The notes beneath the pieces are model-generated. The model saw only the letters and a program-made list of their open reading frames with translations, had not been told where the DNA came from and made no database searches. DNA of 62,565 nt, filler included, from Sphacelaria rigidula (lineage: Eukaryota): assembly GCA_964200075.2 (NCBI GenBank). It is 5 parts of 5 records of this genome, joined end to end, with 100 filler letters (N's around TTAATTAATTAA, not from the genome) between each part and the next. Parts side by side here need not be neighbours in the genome. Positions count along the whole stretch, not along the records: positions 1 to 12,435 come from CAXNAA020003775.1; 4 more parts are not named here. One strand, 5' to 3'. The translations under genes and the position numbers were made by a program. Positions 1 through 10,748 of the stretch are shown piece after piece (position 1 is the first letter of the stretch; every line of letters begins with the position of its first letter).

Positions 1-67
1 TTGAGCGTACGTCGGACGGATCAAGCGCAGGAGCCCTCGTGTGAAGAGCGGTTTTGACCATCGTCTG

Positions 68-284
68 TGTATTGCGTGAGAGGACCGCGTGCTTAGAGGA
101 CCGTATCGGAATGTGAACATCCCTGTGGTTAGGGCTAGGGTTAGGGTTAAGGTTGGTGTCGGGGTTATGGTCAGGGGCGTGGTACCTCCAGGGACGGACC
201 CGATTGGTTTCGAAAAACGTCGATCCTGAGGTGTTTTGAACTACGGCGCGGTCCTCTAAGCACGCGGTCCTCTCACGCATTACA
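68..284. mobile_element. 217-bp MITE (family A): TGT...ACA ends, ~37-bp TIRs, internal TTAGGG-like tract, 5-bp TSD GTCTG
   Basis: Left end TGTATTGCGTGAGAGGACCGCGTGCTTAGAGGACCG is complementary to right end CGGTCCTCTAAGCACGCGGTCCTCTCACGCATTACA. GTCTG flanks it at 63-67 and 285-289. A near-identical copy lies at 2179-2395. Confidence 0.9.
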
Positions 285-469
285 GTCTGTGTATCGCACT
301 TCCGTTTGAATAGCAGCAGCCATGATGTTTGTTGCCACTGCCGCCTATGTGCACCAACAACAATATATATGTAAACATCGCGGTTGGCAAGTTGCAGTTT
401 CGATCGAATGCTTGGTCCGGGACTAGATACTACAAAACAAGATTGAGAAAGGGCATTTGCGCCAACACA

Positions 470-625
470 CGTGGACAGATAGCACTTTCTGTAGGGGGTC
501 TACAGGCTTCACGTACCCTGTGCAATGTTTCTTGCGGGAATTTCACTGTACAGTGTTTTCCAGCGAAGCACAGGACGCTTCAGAGGGTTTCGTCACCCCG
601 AATACTGTTCATTGTTGTTAATATG
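470..625. repeat. Degenerate dispersed repeat (ACGTGGACA(A/G)ATAGCAC family)
   Basis: Similar to 37110-37350 in the same orientation and to ~2950-3030 inverted. Confidence 0.6.
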
Positions 626-1453
626 CTGTACAGTGTTTACAGCGCACATACAATATACTCCACGATACAGCATGGGTATAGTACAGGCAGAAAAAACGAT
701 CGAGAAATGGCAGCGGTAGGTTATGAACTTTGGCTTTCGTGCTCGGGAGAGAGGCGAGGTATTTGTTGAATCATCCTATCCTCTGTTGGCTCCCGTAAAT
801 ATCTGTGCTTCTAATAATTATCAAGCAAGAACCTCCATAAAGAAAAGCATGCTCGATTGAATGATTTTGGTAGACTGCGGACTACGGGTTTTTCATAAGC
901 TATGTGCAGTTATATGCGAGGTATACACCGGTATGCCAACAGTACTACGACTGCAGCTAAAGTGCGATGCTTCGGAGCACAGCCGTGTGGAAATGCACTC
1001 GTAAACAGTGTGTTGGGATCTCTGTTCAGCACAAGCTGTTGAGAATTATTCGTCCTTTAGCCGATGTATACATGAACCGGGAGGCAAAATGATGAAATAG
1101 TTTGAGCATTTTTTTCTGCGTGCCAGATCCCATACGCTCATAACGGTGCAGCATGCGGGATATGCCCACCTGATTCGCAATAAATCGTTTTTCCGCAATT
1201 TCCGGATGAATTGGAGGGCAAAGTGAAAATTTATTTCGAGCTTCTTCTGCTGTTCAAATTTCAAAACCGCCAGTGTGAATGGGATTTGCAGAGCGGAAAA
1301 AGCTGTTCGAAAAAAAAAAAAAAATGGAATAACTTCTTCTGCTGTTCGAAATAGATCCTTTTTTTCCCAAATAAATTGAGCGAGAAAAGGATCTGTTTTG
1401 AATCGCTTGTCCTGCTGTCCGGCATAAATTTCTTTTTGCCCGATTCGTTTGAG

Positions 1454-1702
1454 GAGTCATCCTACAATAGGGGGGGGTATTTGATTGCACGAAAAAAAAG
1501 GCTAATAATTGTGTCAGATGACCTGCAACACTCGCGATGCGCTTGTATTTGGTTCAAAACGGTGTCAATCGGTATCATTGAGCGTTATGTATCTATAACA
1601 AGCTCGTTCGAGCAACCGTTGCTGGTTTAAGGGGCGATTTGCCTTGGAATTTCGTGCAAAAAGTGGCCCAAAATACCCCCCCCCCCTATCGTAGGGTGAC
1701 TC
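1454..1702. mobile_element. ~250-bp MITE (family B): GAG...CTC ends, 4-bp TSD TGAG
   Basis: TIRs GAGTCATCCTACAATAGGGGGGG / CCCCCCCTATCGTAGGGTGACTC. TGAG at 1450-1453 and 1703-1706. It sits inside an older inverted repeat (~1395-1443 / 1708-1745). A homologous copy lies at 6646-6900. Confidence 0.8.
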
Positions 1703-1828
1703 TGAGACGGGCAAAAAGGGATTTATCTCGGACAACAGGATAAGCTACTTAAAATGAATAAATTTACAGACTGTGTACCAAAATAATTTAGAATTAAAAA
1801 CACAAATAATCTAGAAGATCAAAACTTG

Positions 1829-2880
1829 GAGGGGCTGTTGCAGGTTAAGGGCAACACCAGGTTAAGGGCAACTTTTCGCTTCAGGGCAAGCGGTCTGGAA
1901 TAAGGGCAAGCGCCCCTGACTATGGGGAAGCGCCCCTGGTTATGGGGGAGCGGCCCGGATTGAGGGCAAGCGCCCCCGACTATGGGGAAGCGCACCTGGG
2001 TAGGGAGAAGCGCACCCGGGAAAGGGGAAGCGCACCTAGGTAGGGGGGAGCGCATCTGGATACGGGCAAGCGCCCCTTAATATTGGCATCTGCCCCTAGC
2101 CACGGAGAAGCGATACGCGTATCGTCATCATACTCCCGAATCAGCCGAAGAATGCCAAACTGTCTATTGCGTGCTAAGTGTAATGCGTGAGAGGACCGCG
2201 TGCTTAGAGGACCGCATCGGAATTTGAATATCCCTATGGTTAGGGCTAGGGTTAGGGTTAAGGTTGGTGTCGGGGTTATGGTCAGGGGCGTAGTACCTGC
2301 AGGGACTGGCCGGATTGGTTTTGAAAAACGTCGATCCTGAGGTGTTTTGAACCACGGCGCGGTCCTCTAAGCACGCAGTTCTCTCACGCATTACACCAAG
2401 GACTCACGATACCCTAACCCTAACCCTAACCCTAACCTGTATCGCGTGCCCACAGGCAAGAGACACCTGTATCGTGTGCCCACGAGCCAGAGACACACGT
2501 ATCGTGAGTCCTTAGCACGCCCTAGACAATTTGGCATTCTTCGGCTGATTCGGGAAGATGTTGACGATACGTGTATCGCTTCTCCGTCGCTAGGGGAAGA
2601 TGCCAATAATCAGAGGCGCTTGCCCGTATCCAGGTGCGCTCCCGCCTCCCCAGGTGCGCTTCCCCCTACCCAGGTGTGCTTCCCCTTCCCCAGGTGCGCT
2701 TCCCTATAGTCAGGGGCGCTTTTCCTTACCCAGGTGTGCTTCCCCATAGTAAGGGGCGCTTCCCCATAGTCAGGGGCGCTTCTCCATAGCCAGGGGCGCT
2801 TGCCCTTAATCCGGACCGCTTGCCCTTGAGCAAAACGTTGCCCTTATCCGGGCGTTGCCCTTAACCTGCAACAGGGCCTC
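1829..2880. mobile_element. Foldback-type element: long inverted arms of ~20-bp tandem units and a central (CCCTAA)n tract
   Basis: Ends CTGTTGCAGGTTAAGGGCAAC / GTTGCCCTTAACCTGCAACAG. Arms are built of GGGAAGCGC(A/C)CC(C/T)-type units and their reverse complement. (CCCTAA)4 at ~2412-2436. Contains the family A MITE at 2179-2395. Confidence 0.8.
2179..2395. mobile_element. Family A MITE nested in the foldback element
   Basis: 217 bp, TGTAATGCG...CGCATTACA, flanked by CTAAG / CCAAG. The opposite foldback arm retains the uninterrupted site. Confidence 0.9.
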
Positions 2881-3127
2881 TCCTAAGGGTTGCTTGCAGG
2901 GTTTCGACAAAAACGCTACGACAGGTACAGATTTGCGTTTTCACTGTCAAGGTTTTTCATAAGGACTCTGGAGGACCCTGTACTGACCCTCCACAGTGTG
3001 CTCCACAGGGTGCTATCTGTCCACGTGTGAACATGCGCATTCCAGCACTTGTTTTGTGTCGATGTGATGTGAAATGGATATGTGGTTGACTTGATTACGC
3101 AGCGCTCCTTTTGCGCTGCCGTGGTGG

Positions 3128-3643
3128 TCAGCATGGCAAAAAAGGCAACGTGACGGTTCTACGCTGATAGCTCTGAACGTCTTGTGTCTTGTGTCGCAGA
3201 GGTGAAGTTTGCCGTTGACGGTTTGCGTTCAGGAATGGAGAACACAAGAGTGATTTTTTTTTCTCTTTCCACGACCCTGAGCCCATGGGGCCCATGAAGT
3301 AATTGCTCTTCAAACCCGCCATCACCGAAAGGTGCGGGGTATGCAATGAGCAGTCCAGCCGCACAGCGTGAATGGCGCTTTCTTCGTCAACGGCGTCGAC
3401 ATCATTCTCTCTTGTTCAACGATACTCGACACTTGTGCTAATTGCCTGAATATTCTCCGCCGCTTCATTCTTGCGGTATGTGAGTAAAAGGCTTAAGTGG
3501 GATTGGTGTTGTGGGCGACGCCTGCAACTGCTCCACTTTTCGTGTTCTTGACTGCCGATGTTGAGGAGGACGGTTAATGTAGGGTGAAACGCAGTGGGCG
3601 TGTGCTTCCCGAGTGCAACAGCTAAACGATACAGTACAAGCAC
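3128..3643 (-). pseudogene. Possible decayed Ty3/gypsy integrase fragment
   Basis: Minus-strand LGKHTPTAFHPT resembles the gypsy integrase (S/T)TAFHPQT motif. A downstream YFMGP resembles the GPF/Y module. Interrupted by stops. Confidence 0.3.
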
Positions 3644-3734
3644 ACAACGATATACTACATATTTGCGACACCGACTACTCGCAGGCTTGTAAATGCGTGA
3701 GAACGTGAGTAAACAAAATAGTCGACTGGATTTT

Positions 3735-3860
3735 TGTGACGTGAATTGACGCGGTGCGGAAGTGCTGACCCAATCCGCGAGACAAAAATGTAAGGCACGT
3801 ACCGGGGGAGAGATTGGTTGATCCCTTGAGACTACGGACTCATCGCGAGGAAGGGGAAGG
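3735..3860. repeat. Dispersed repeat family C (CGCGGTGCGG...CCAATCCGCGAG...GTACCGGGG...TTGATCCCTTGAGAC)
   Basis: Related copies at ~15075-15185, ~16745-16885 (inverted) and ~18745-18900. Confidence 0.65.
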
Positions 3861-4133
3861 GTTGAAAGTGTGAGGGAAAAATAAATTAATATATATATAT
3901 ATATGTATATACTGAAATTAGAACGTATTTCATATAAGCGAGGTCGTTATTTGGAGATGACGTCTCTATATTTGTGATTAATACGATTGGCTCGATCACG
4001 GATCATTTTTTCTGCAGTGGATAATGGTCGGTCCATTTTACCGATATAGTGCCCAAGATCGGCCCGCATTCACCCCCATAACTGTTTATTCCGTTCATCC
4101 ACCCTCCATCAATACGTTCGCAACCTGCCCCCT

Positions 4134-4580
4134 TGTACTGCGTCAGAGGACCGCGGGCTGAGAGGACCTCATCGGCGTTTGAACATCCCTATGGCGAAGA
4201 TTAGGGTTAGATTGATGCTGCGGCAGGGGTGCACAAATATTGTCTGAGGTTAAAATTGTCAGGAGCCCTTGATCTCATGGTAAACACCACTACTTATGAA
4301 AACATGGAAACGTACGCCAGAAATATAACCGCTGGGGATCTCGAATGAATTTGCAAACGGGGATACCCTGACCCATATTCTTGTGCATCTAGAATCGTTA
4401 GGAGCTCCTGAACTAGACAATATTTCTCGAAAACGTGTACCCCTACCTTAGCATTGCTCGTTAGGGTGAGGATCGTGACCCCTGCAGCGACTGGCCCGAT
4501 CGGTTTCGAAAGAGTCGACCCTGACGTGTTTTGAGGTACGATGCGGTCTTCTAAGAACGCGGTCCTCTCACGTATTATAC
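4134..4580. mobile_element. Degenerate family A MITE interrupted by a ~240-bp insertion
   Basis: Family A left part at 4134-~4212 and right part at ~4458-4580. The insert has imperfect inverted ends ATGCTGCGGCAGGGGTGCAC / GTGTACCCCTACCTTAGCAT. Confidence 0.7.
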
Positions 4581-4629
4581 CCCGCCGACTACAAGCAACC
4601 TTCGCCGTCCAACACTCCAAAATCCGCAG

Positions 4630-7600
4630 GCATCACCCTCTACAACGACTGGGGTTTATTCGTGGAGACGTGGGTAGCAAAGGCCAGCACGTCCGAGTAT
4701 GATGGCGCGGACGCCACAGTGGGAGACGCCTTCGTGACGGATAATGGCGGCTTCCAGTGGTTTTACCTGCAGAGAACGATCATTCAGGAGGCGTTCACGG
4801 GCATTGGTCTCTCGCTTCTCGGCGCGCTCGTGATCGTTTGCCTGGCGACATCGAACTGGATCATTTCCACGCTCGCCATTTTCGTCATCGCTGCGCTGGT
4901 GAGCGATCTGTACTGCCACTCATCACCGTACAAGCGCACGTGGTTATGTTTGACGACATCAAAGCAGAGTGATATGCTGGTCTCTGTTCGAGATCAGCGG
5001 CTCCTTTTCAGACAACAGCTTCTTTTAGAAGATATCTACAAGGCTTGGTACGCGGGATATGCAGAACCTGCTCGCCCAGTCAGGGAAAGATGACTTGCCC
5101 GAAGGTCGTGAGTAGTCACACCAGTATTCATTCGGGATACAATAAAGCTTTGCAGCGAATCATTCATCTACTGTATCTTCGCAGTGACTTGAATCATGTC
5201 GATCTCCTCCACCTGTACATCGATTCCGACGAAATCTGTGGCATTGTCGATTTTCCTGTCCATGTCACTGCCTGCCCTGAATGCTCGTAATGATTTCTTG
5301 ATGCATAACCGCTTGAGACTGACACTTTGATCGCTACTCATAATACGACTGTTTCTGGTTGCCTTACCAATCAAACAGGTCGGCGGTGTGGTCATGTTCA
5401 CCGTTGCTAATGGATGGGACTTGGGCATCCTCGAAGCTGTGCTGTTCGTCATGGTAGTCGGCTTCAGTGTTGACTACACGCTGCACCTGTCCGATTCCTA
5501 CCTGGAGTCCACCAAAAAGACGAGAGGAGATCGCACGCGGGACATGCTTGTAACAATGGGACCATCTGTGCTGTCTGGGTACGTACGTCATGTACTGTAC
5601 TTTCCTGTCCGCTCGTATGGCGTAATAATGAGATATTTTGCTACTTGTTTTCCAATTTGTTCGGTCTTATTATGTGTATGTTCTGTTTAAGGATGAACTG
5701 ACAATGCGCGGTTCGGGCGGTCTCACGTATCTGTATCGTGTATATATTGCTCCGAAGAGTTCGAGGGTAACCATGACACGATAAAACATACACACATGAA
5801 GCCACAAGACTCTTTCAGTGGGTTGCTGGTAGCGGAATACGAGTGTAATGAGTGAGAGGACTCCGTGTTGAGGAGATCGCATCGTAGTTCACAACACTTC
5901 AGGATCGACGTTTTCCAAATCAAGTCTGGCCAGTCTCTGCAAGGACCACGCCTCTGACCCTAGCCCCAACACTAACCCCAACACTAACCCTGACCCTAAA
6001 CCTTGTGATGCGTGAGGGGACCGCGTGCTTAGGGGATCACATCGGAATTTAAACACCCCTATGGTTAGGGTCAGGAATAGGGTTACTGTTGGGCTCAGGG
6101 TCAGGGACGTGGTCCCTGCAGTGACTGGCCCGATTAGTTTTAAACAAACGTCGATCTTGAGGTATTTTGAACTACCATGGGATCCTCTGAGCACGCGGTC
6201 CTCTCACGCATTCAACCCCAATCATAGGGGTGTTTGAACTTTGATGCGGTCCCCTAAGCACGTCGTCCTCTCACGCATTACCAGGAGGATGTTCATACTG
6301 TCAGGTAGCACAAGGTTGCACTTGCCCCAGTTCTATATCTGGCTTCCACGTTCCTCCGCTATCCTCACGAAAGGAGGGGCGTCTGGGTGGTGTCGTACTC
6401 CTTACTTTGCCTAAACGTCAAAGCTGCCTCCCGGAAATGAATATCTTCAAACGCTCGTGTCGTCGTCTCTCCGATTGTTGTACGCGGCGCAGAGCCATCT
6501 CGACAATCGGGGCGACGTTCTCCCTGCTGTTCGCGGTCTTCGTGTTCTTCCTCAAGTTCGGCACGGTGATATTCTTCATCATCGCGCAGAGTCTCATCTT
6601 CTCCCTCTTTTTATTCACCACGGTGAGCGAGTTTTGCTGCATGATGAGCCATGCTACGATAGGGGGGCACGGGGGGGGGGGGCTTCGATTCTACGAACAA
6701 AGGTGCTCATAGATGCGTCAAACGACCTCAAACACTCGCGGTGCGCTTGTATTTGAGTAACAGCGATATAAAGCAGTATGGATGAGCGTTATTTATCGGG
6801 AGCAAGCGCGTTCGAAAAACTGTTGGATGCTCTCAAAGGCGATCGAAGTGGGTTTTCGTGAAAGGAGCCCGCCCCCCCCGGTCCTATCGTAGCACGACTC
6901 TGATCGCGTCCCACACTATTGGTGCTAAGCTGATATGCGGAGAAAGTATCTTGTTATGCGTGTTCGGACCGCGTGTTTGTTTAACCGCATTGGAGTTCAA
7001 AACACCCCGGGACCGACGTTTTTCAAGACCGCCCGATCCAGTCCCTGTAGTGACCGCGTCGCTGACCCTAACCGTAATACAAACCCTAGCCCTAAACCTA
7101 ACTAAAGGCGTGTTTAACCTCCGATGCGGTCCGAGCAGCACGCGGTCTGACCCTAACACTAACCCTGACCATAAACCCTTGCCATAGGGATGTTCAAATT
7201 CCGATGCGGTCCTCTAAGGCCGCGGTCCTCTCACGCATTACAGTCTGCACACACCGTGCATTTGTATCTCCTGACCTTTTCGACTGTTCCTAGTAGTGTT
7301 CAAGGATGTGTTGGATAGGGTTTTTCCTGCAGTTGGAAATTAGAACATCGAACGCTAAGTACCCAAAACATAGGTAGAGTAAGTATAGAGATTTTATATA
7401 ACGGGTAACCAGATACTATTCGGTAGAGTAGTGCGATCGTACCTATCTATACCCTAGATTTGGCTCGAGTTTTGAGACCGGACCACCGCAACACAGAACT
7501 CGGGCTATTCATTCCCCGAGTATTTACCCTACCCAACGCACCCTTGCAATTTGCCAATAGACAGGTCGTTGTGTTTGATCGAAACGGCGGGATCAGGCCT

Positions 7601-8786
7601 GAAACATTGTCTCGACAGAATTTCTTGTCGTACGCGTTGTCTTGTGACAAATGTCATCACTGTGTCAGCCCGTCAACCCCACCCTCCACCTCCTACGTAC
7701 TTCTGCATGTGCGTTTGCCTGCCTGTTATGCGCACTGTTGGAATTCATCTGCCAGCTTCTCGACGTGTTCGGGCCAGAGGAGCCAGTGTGGGGGGAGAAC
7801 ATCAAGAAGGGAAAAGTGGTTCTCGTAAGCGGAGCTTCGGGCGATGGCACACACCAGACAGAGAATGAGAATAGGCACCTGCGTGTGGCAAAGGTGCTCC
7901 ACCAGTTGTTGCGGCATTTAGCTCTTCACGTACTATCGCGTTCAACTGCGTTGTGGACCTCTTCGTTCTCAACTACTACGCGTGAACAAGTCGACTTTGC
8001 GATTATAGGTAGTTTTGCCAACCTAGCTCGAGCACAAGCATCGTCTCCTCCTGCTGCTCCCCGATATGCTGCTGTAGTTCGAACCACCGCAGGATCGACG
8101 TTTTTCAAAACCTATCGGGCCAGTTCCTGCAGGTACCACGCCCGTGACCATAACCCCAACACTAACCCTAACCCTAACCCCAACCATGGGGATGTGCAAA
8201 TTCCGATGTGGTCCTCTAAGCACGCGGTCCTCTCACGCATTACAGCTGCTGAAGAAAAACAACTGCCCACGTCAATGGTGGGCGATCATGTTGCACTGGA
8301 TGGCATTGAAGCGTTACCCCCTCTCTTCCGCCCACGTGCCCTTTTGATGAACCTCCGTAGCTTTTGCAGTCAGCGAAGGGGGTTCAGGAGGTTACCCCCA
8401 ATAATGACTGGTCGTAGCTATCATGATATGCTATACCTTTCTTCACTTTACAGATGCTGCGTCTTTTACTGTCATCTTGCCCCCCCTTCAAATTGACTGC
8501 CCAGGTGACCGCCGTTGACACAGCCGCGGAAACTTGTACGGTGATTTTCGAAGGAAACAATGATAACGGTCACGAGACAAGCGCTGGCTCCAAACAGACG
8601 GTGGCATTGGGGTCCGTGAGGCGACGCTATCAGGCCGGACACATCCCGGCAATAGATGCGGGATTCGACGCTCTTGGGCGGTTCATCACCAAGTGCTGCG
8701 GCTGCATTAGCTGTTGCTTCACCACCAGTGAGGAGGGCGTTGATGTTCGCCATGGACCCAAGGTTGTTGCTGGCGAAGATGCGTAG
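4630..8786 (+). CDS. Patched/Dispatched-family (SSD/RND) multi-pass membrane protein, 3' five exons
   Basis: Phase-consistent GT-AG model: 4630-4898, 5379-5578, 6493-6622, 7756-7824, 8505-8786 (TAG). Contains VVGFSVDYTLH (GxxVD), MGPSVLSGAISTIGAT and LLDVFGP motifs typical of the last TM helices of Patched/Dispatched/NPC1 proteins. 5' exons not identified. Confidence 0.85.
5844..6281. mobile_element. Two nested family A MITEs (reverse outer copy, forward inner copy ~6004-6214)
   Basis: Outer TIRs at 5844 and ~6247-6281. The inner copy TGTGATGCGTGAG...CTCTCACGCATTC interrupts the outer CCCTAA tract. Confidence 0.8.
6646..6900. mobile_element. Family B MITE, 4-bp TSD TGAT
   Basis: GAGCCATGCTACGATAGG...CCTATCGTAGCACGACTC, with TGAT at 6642-6645 and 6901-6904. 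Internally similar to 1454-1702 (ACACTCGCGxTGCGCTTGTATTTG). Confidence 0.8.
6951..7242. mobile_element. Rearranged family A MITE (reverse) with duplicated right end
   Basis: Family A core and CCCTAA tract, with two successive CCGATGCGGTCC ends. Terminates in CTCACGCATTACA. Confidence 0.75.
8074..8244. mobile_element. Truncated family A MITE (reverse)
   Basis: GGATCGACGTTTTTCAAAACC...CCCTAACCCTAA...CTCTCACGCATTACA. Confidence 0.8.
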
Positions 8787-9684
8787 CACGTGTGATGGTT
8801 TGTTATGTACTACCGCATCTTGTACCTCGCTCATTTGTCCGTCAAGCTTGAATTGATGGCGGGTTTCCTGTGCAATTCGGGCGTGGGCAGCAGTACAGTC
8901 GATGGATGTGCGGTTGTCATAACGGATTTCGGGCACCGTGTATTCACCACCCACAAAGGGCAACGTCGTCAAGGGGTTGTATTTGGTGCTGCCGCCTTTG
9001 TGGCTGAGGACTACTTCGAGATCTACGAGTAATATCGTGTAGACAACTTACGATAGCTTATTTGCTAAATGGCCGAACATATGTGTCGCCTGAATCTCTG
9101 GTGTGAGTGTTAAAGGCGTCGAAGGAACTCGTGGATTGATGTGCCGCCAACAGGAGAAGTTTGAGAGGCCCGTTTGAGGGGTATCGTGACTCAAATAATC
9201 GGAGCGCTTGATGAGAGGGAGGGACGGCCGAGTCCTTTGCGGTGCAAGAATGTAAAAGGTCGAATTCATACTCCGTGATAAAACCTTTGCCGACCCTTTG
9301 GGTGACTTTCATAGCGTCAAGAAAAAATAAGATATGTTTTGTCAACTTGACAACGGCTGTGGTACGGGTACATCGTTGTAGCTTGAACAAATGATAACAC
9401 TGAGCTGTTGCATTCCACAGAGAGAAGTTCGAACCGTAGCGGGTTACCTTTTTGACAGCAGTGGTGGATCAAAATGGTCACTTTATTCCTCTACAGATGC
9501 CCTACAGATAGTGTTGCACATCGAACTACAAGTTTCGGTTACCCTACCGAAATATCGAACCGAATGTGTACCGAATTGCTTGAGGTATCTTGGTGTCACC
9601 GCGCGCGCGCGCCTCAGCTCTTGAAAGCACTTTTATGCCATCATACATGGTAAATATTTGGCCTGCAAGTACTCGAGAGTCGCA

Positions 9685-9970
9685 TATAACACTATATTCG
9701 TGAGATTCAGAGTGTAGGTTCAGATTCAGAGTCAGGATTTCAAACGGAAGAACTATTTTCTTTGTGGTCGATTCTTGTGCGAAACAGTTCGCGTCACTAA
9801 TCAACCAATCCGAGTAATGAACATGCGTATTTTCACAGCCTCCAATGTTGGTTGGTTAGTGACGCGAACTCTTTCGCACAAGAATCGACCACAAAGAAAA
9901 CAGTTCTTCCGTTTGAAATCCTGACTCTGAATCTGAAACTACACTCTGAATCTCACGAACAAGTGTTATA
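9685..9970. repeat. Long near-perfect inverted repeat (hairpin MITE)
   Basis: ~125-bp arms (TTCGTGAGATTCAGAGTGTAG...CACTAATCAACC / GGTTGGTTAGTG...CTACACTCTGAATCTCACGAA) around a ~40-bp spacer. Confidence 0.85.
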
Positions 9971-10626
9971 CATGAAGCTGAAGAAGTTTGGCGAGGAGAA
10001 TCTCAACCGTTGATGGTCTCAAATTCATACGGCCAATATCCGAACGTAATCAACCAACGATAATCTTTATCTACGACGGTGCCTGAGTCTGTTGAGTTGG
10101 CCCTCGCGTGGTGGCCATGCTTATTCCTTTGTGTCTTCTGTCTTTTTTCTCGTGTCCCTTTCCGCCTGTATGCGTTATCAGCAGATCTGAACGGTTTGCT
10201 TTTTTTCTCAACCTCGATGAGCTCGGGAGAAAGTATTCGTCATCTCCTTTCGTAGCGTCTCTGTTCTTATTTTTTTCTGGTGCGTTGTTTATATTTGTAC
10301 TTGGTTTTGTTTTCTTTTTCTGGAGTCTCAGGAAAGACGATTAGAACTTTGCGTGTCGTTGAGGAATAGCAGGGGCGGTATTGGGAAGGCGAGCCTAGGC
10401 CTGTGATGACGGGTGCGAGAGACTGGACTAATGTGCGGAAATAACAATAACAGTGTCTCTGAATACTAATAGCAGTATATTCATTATAGTTTTCTGCTAA
10501 TATTTTGTCGAAACGTAGGTTCAACACCGCCCGGTTTCAGTGGTGCAGTTTGGGACACTTTGATGAGGAACGCAACCAAATGGCTCCAACTTTCTGCCCC
10601 CGGCAGCGCCTCCAGCGGTTCCCCTC

Positions 10627-10748
10627 TGTGATGCGTGAGAAAACCGCGTGCTTAGGGGACCGCATCGCAGTTTAAAACACCTCAGGATCAACTTCTTTCA
10701 AAACCAATCGGGTCAGTCCCTGCACAGACCACACCCTTGGCCCTAAGA
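10627..10748. mobile_element. Partial family A MITE
   Basis: TGTGATGCGTGAGAAAACCGCGTGCTTAGGGGACCGC end. The sequence breaks off where the CCCTAA tract should begin. Confidence 0.7.

Noticed and set aside
2412-2436. True telomere
   Set aside because: The tract is short, interstitial and embedded in a mobile element.
7651-8496. 281-aa ORF as a standalone gene
   Set aside because: It reads through one small exon, intron sequence and a MITE.
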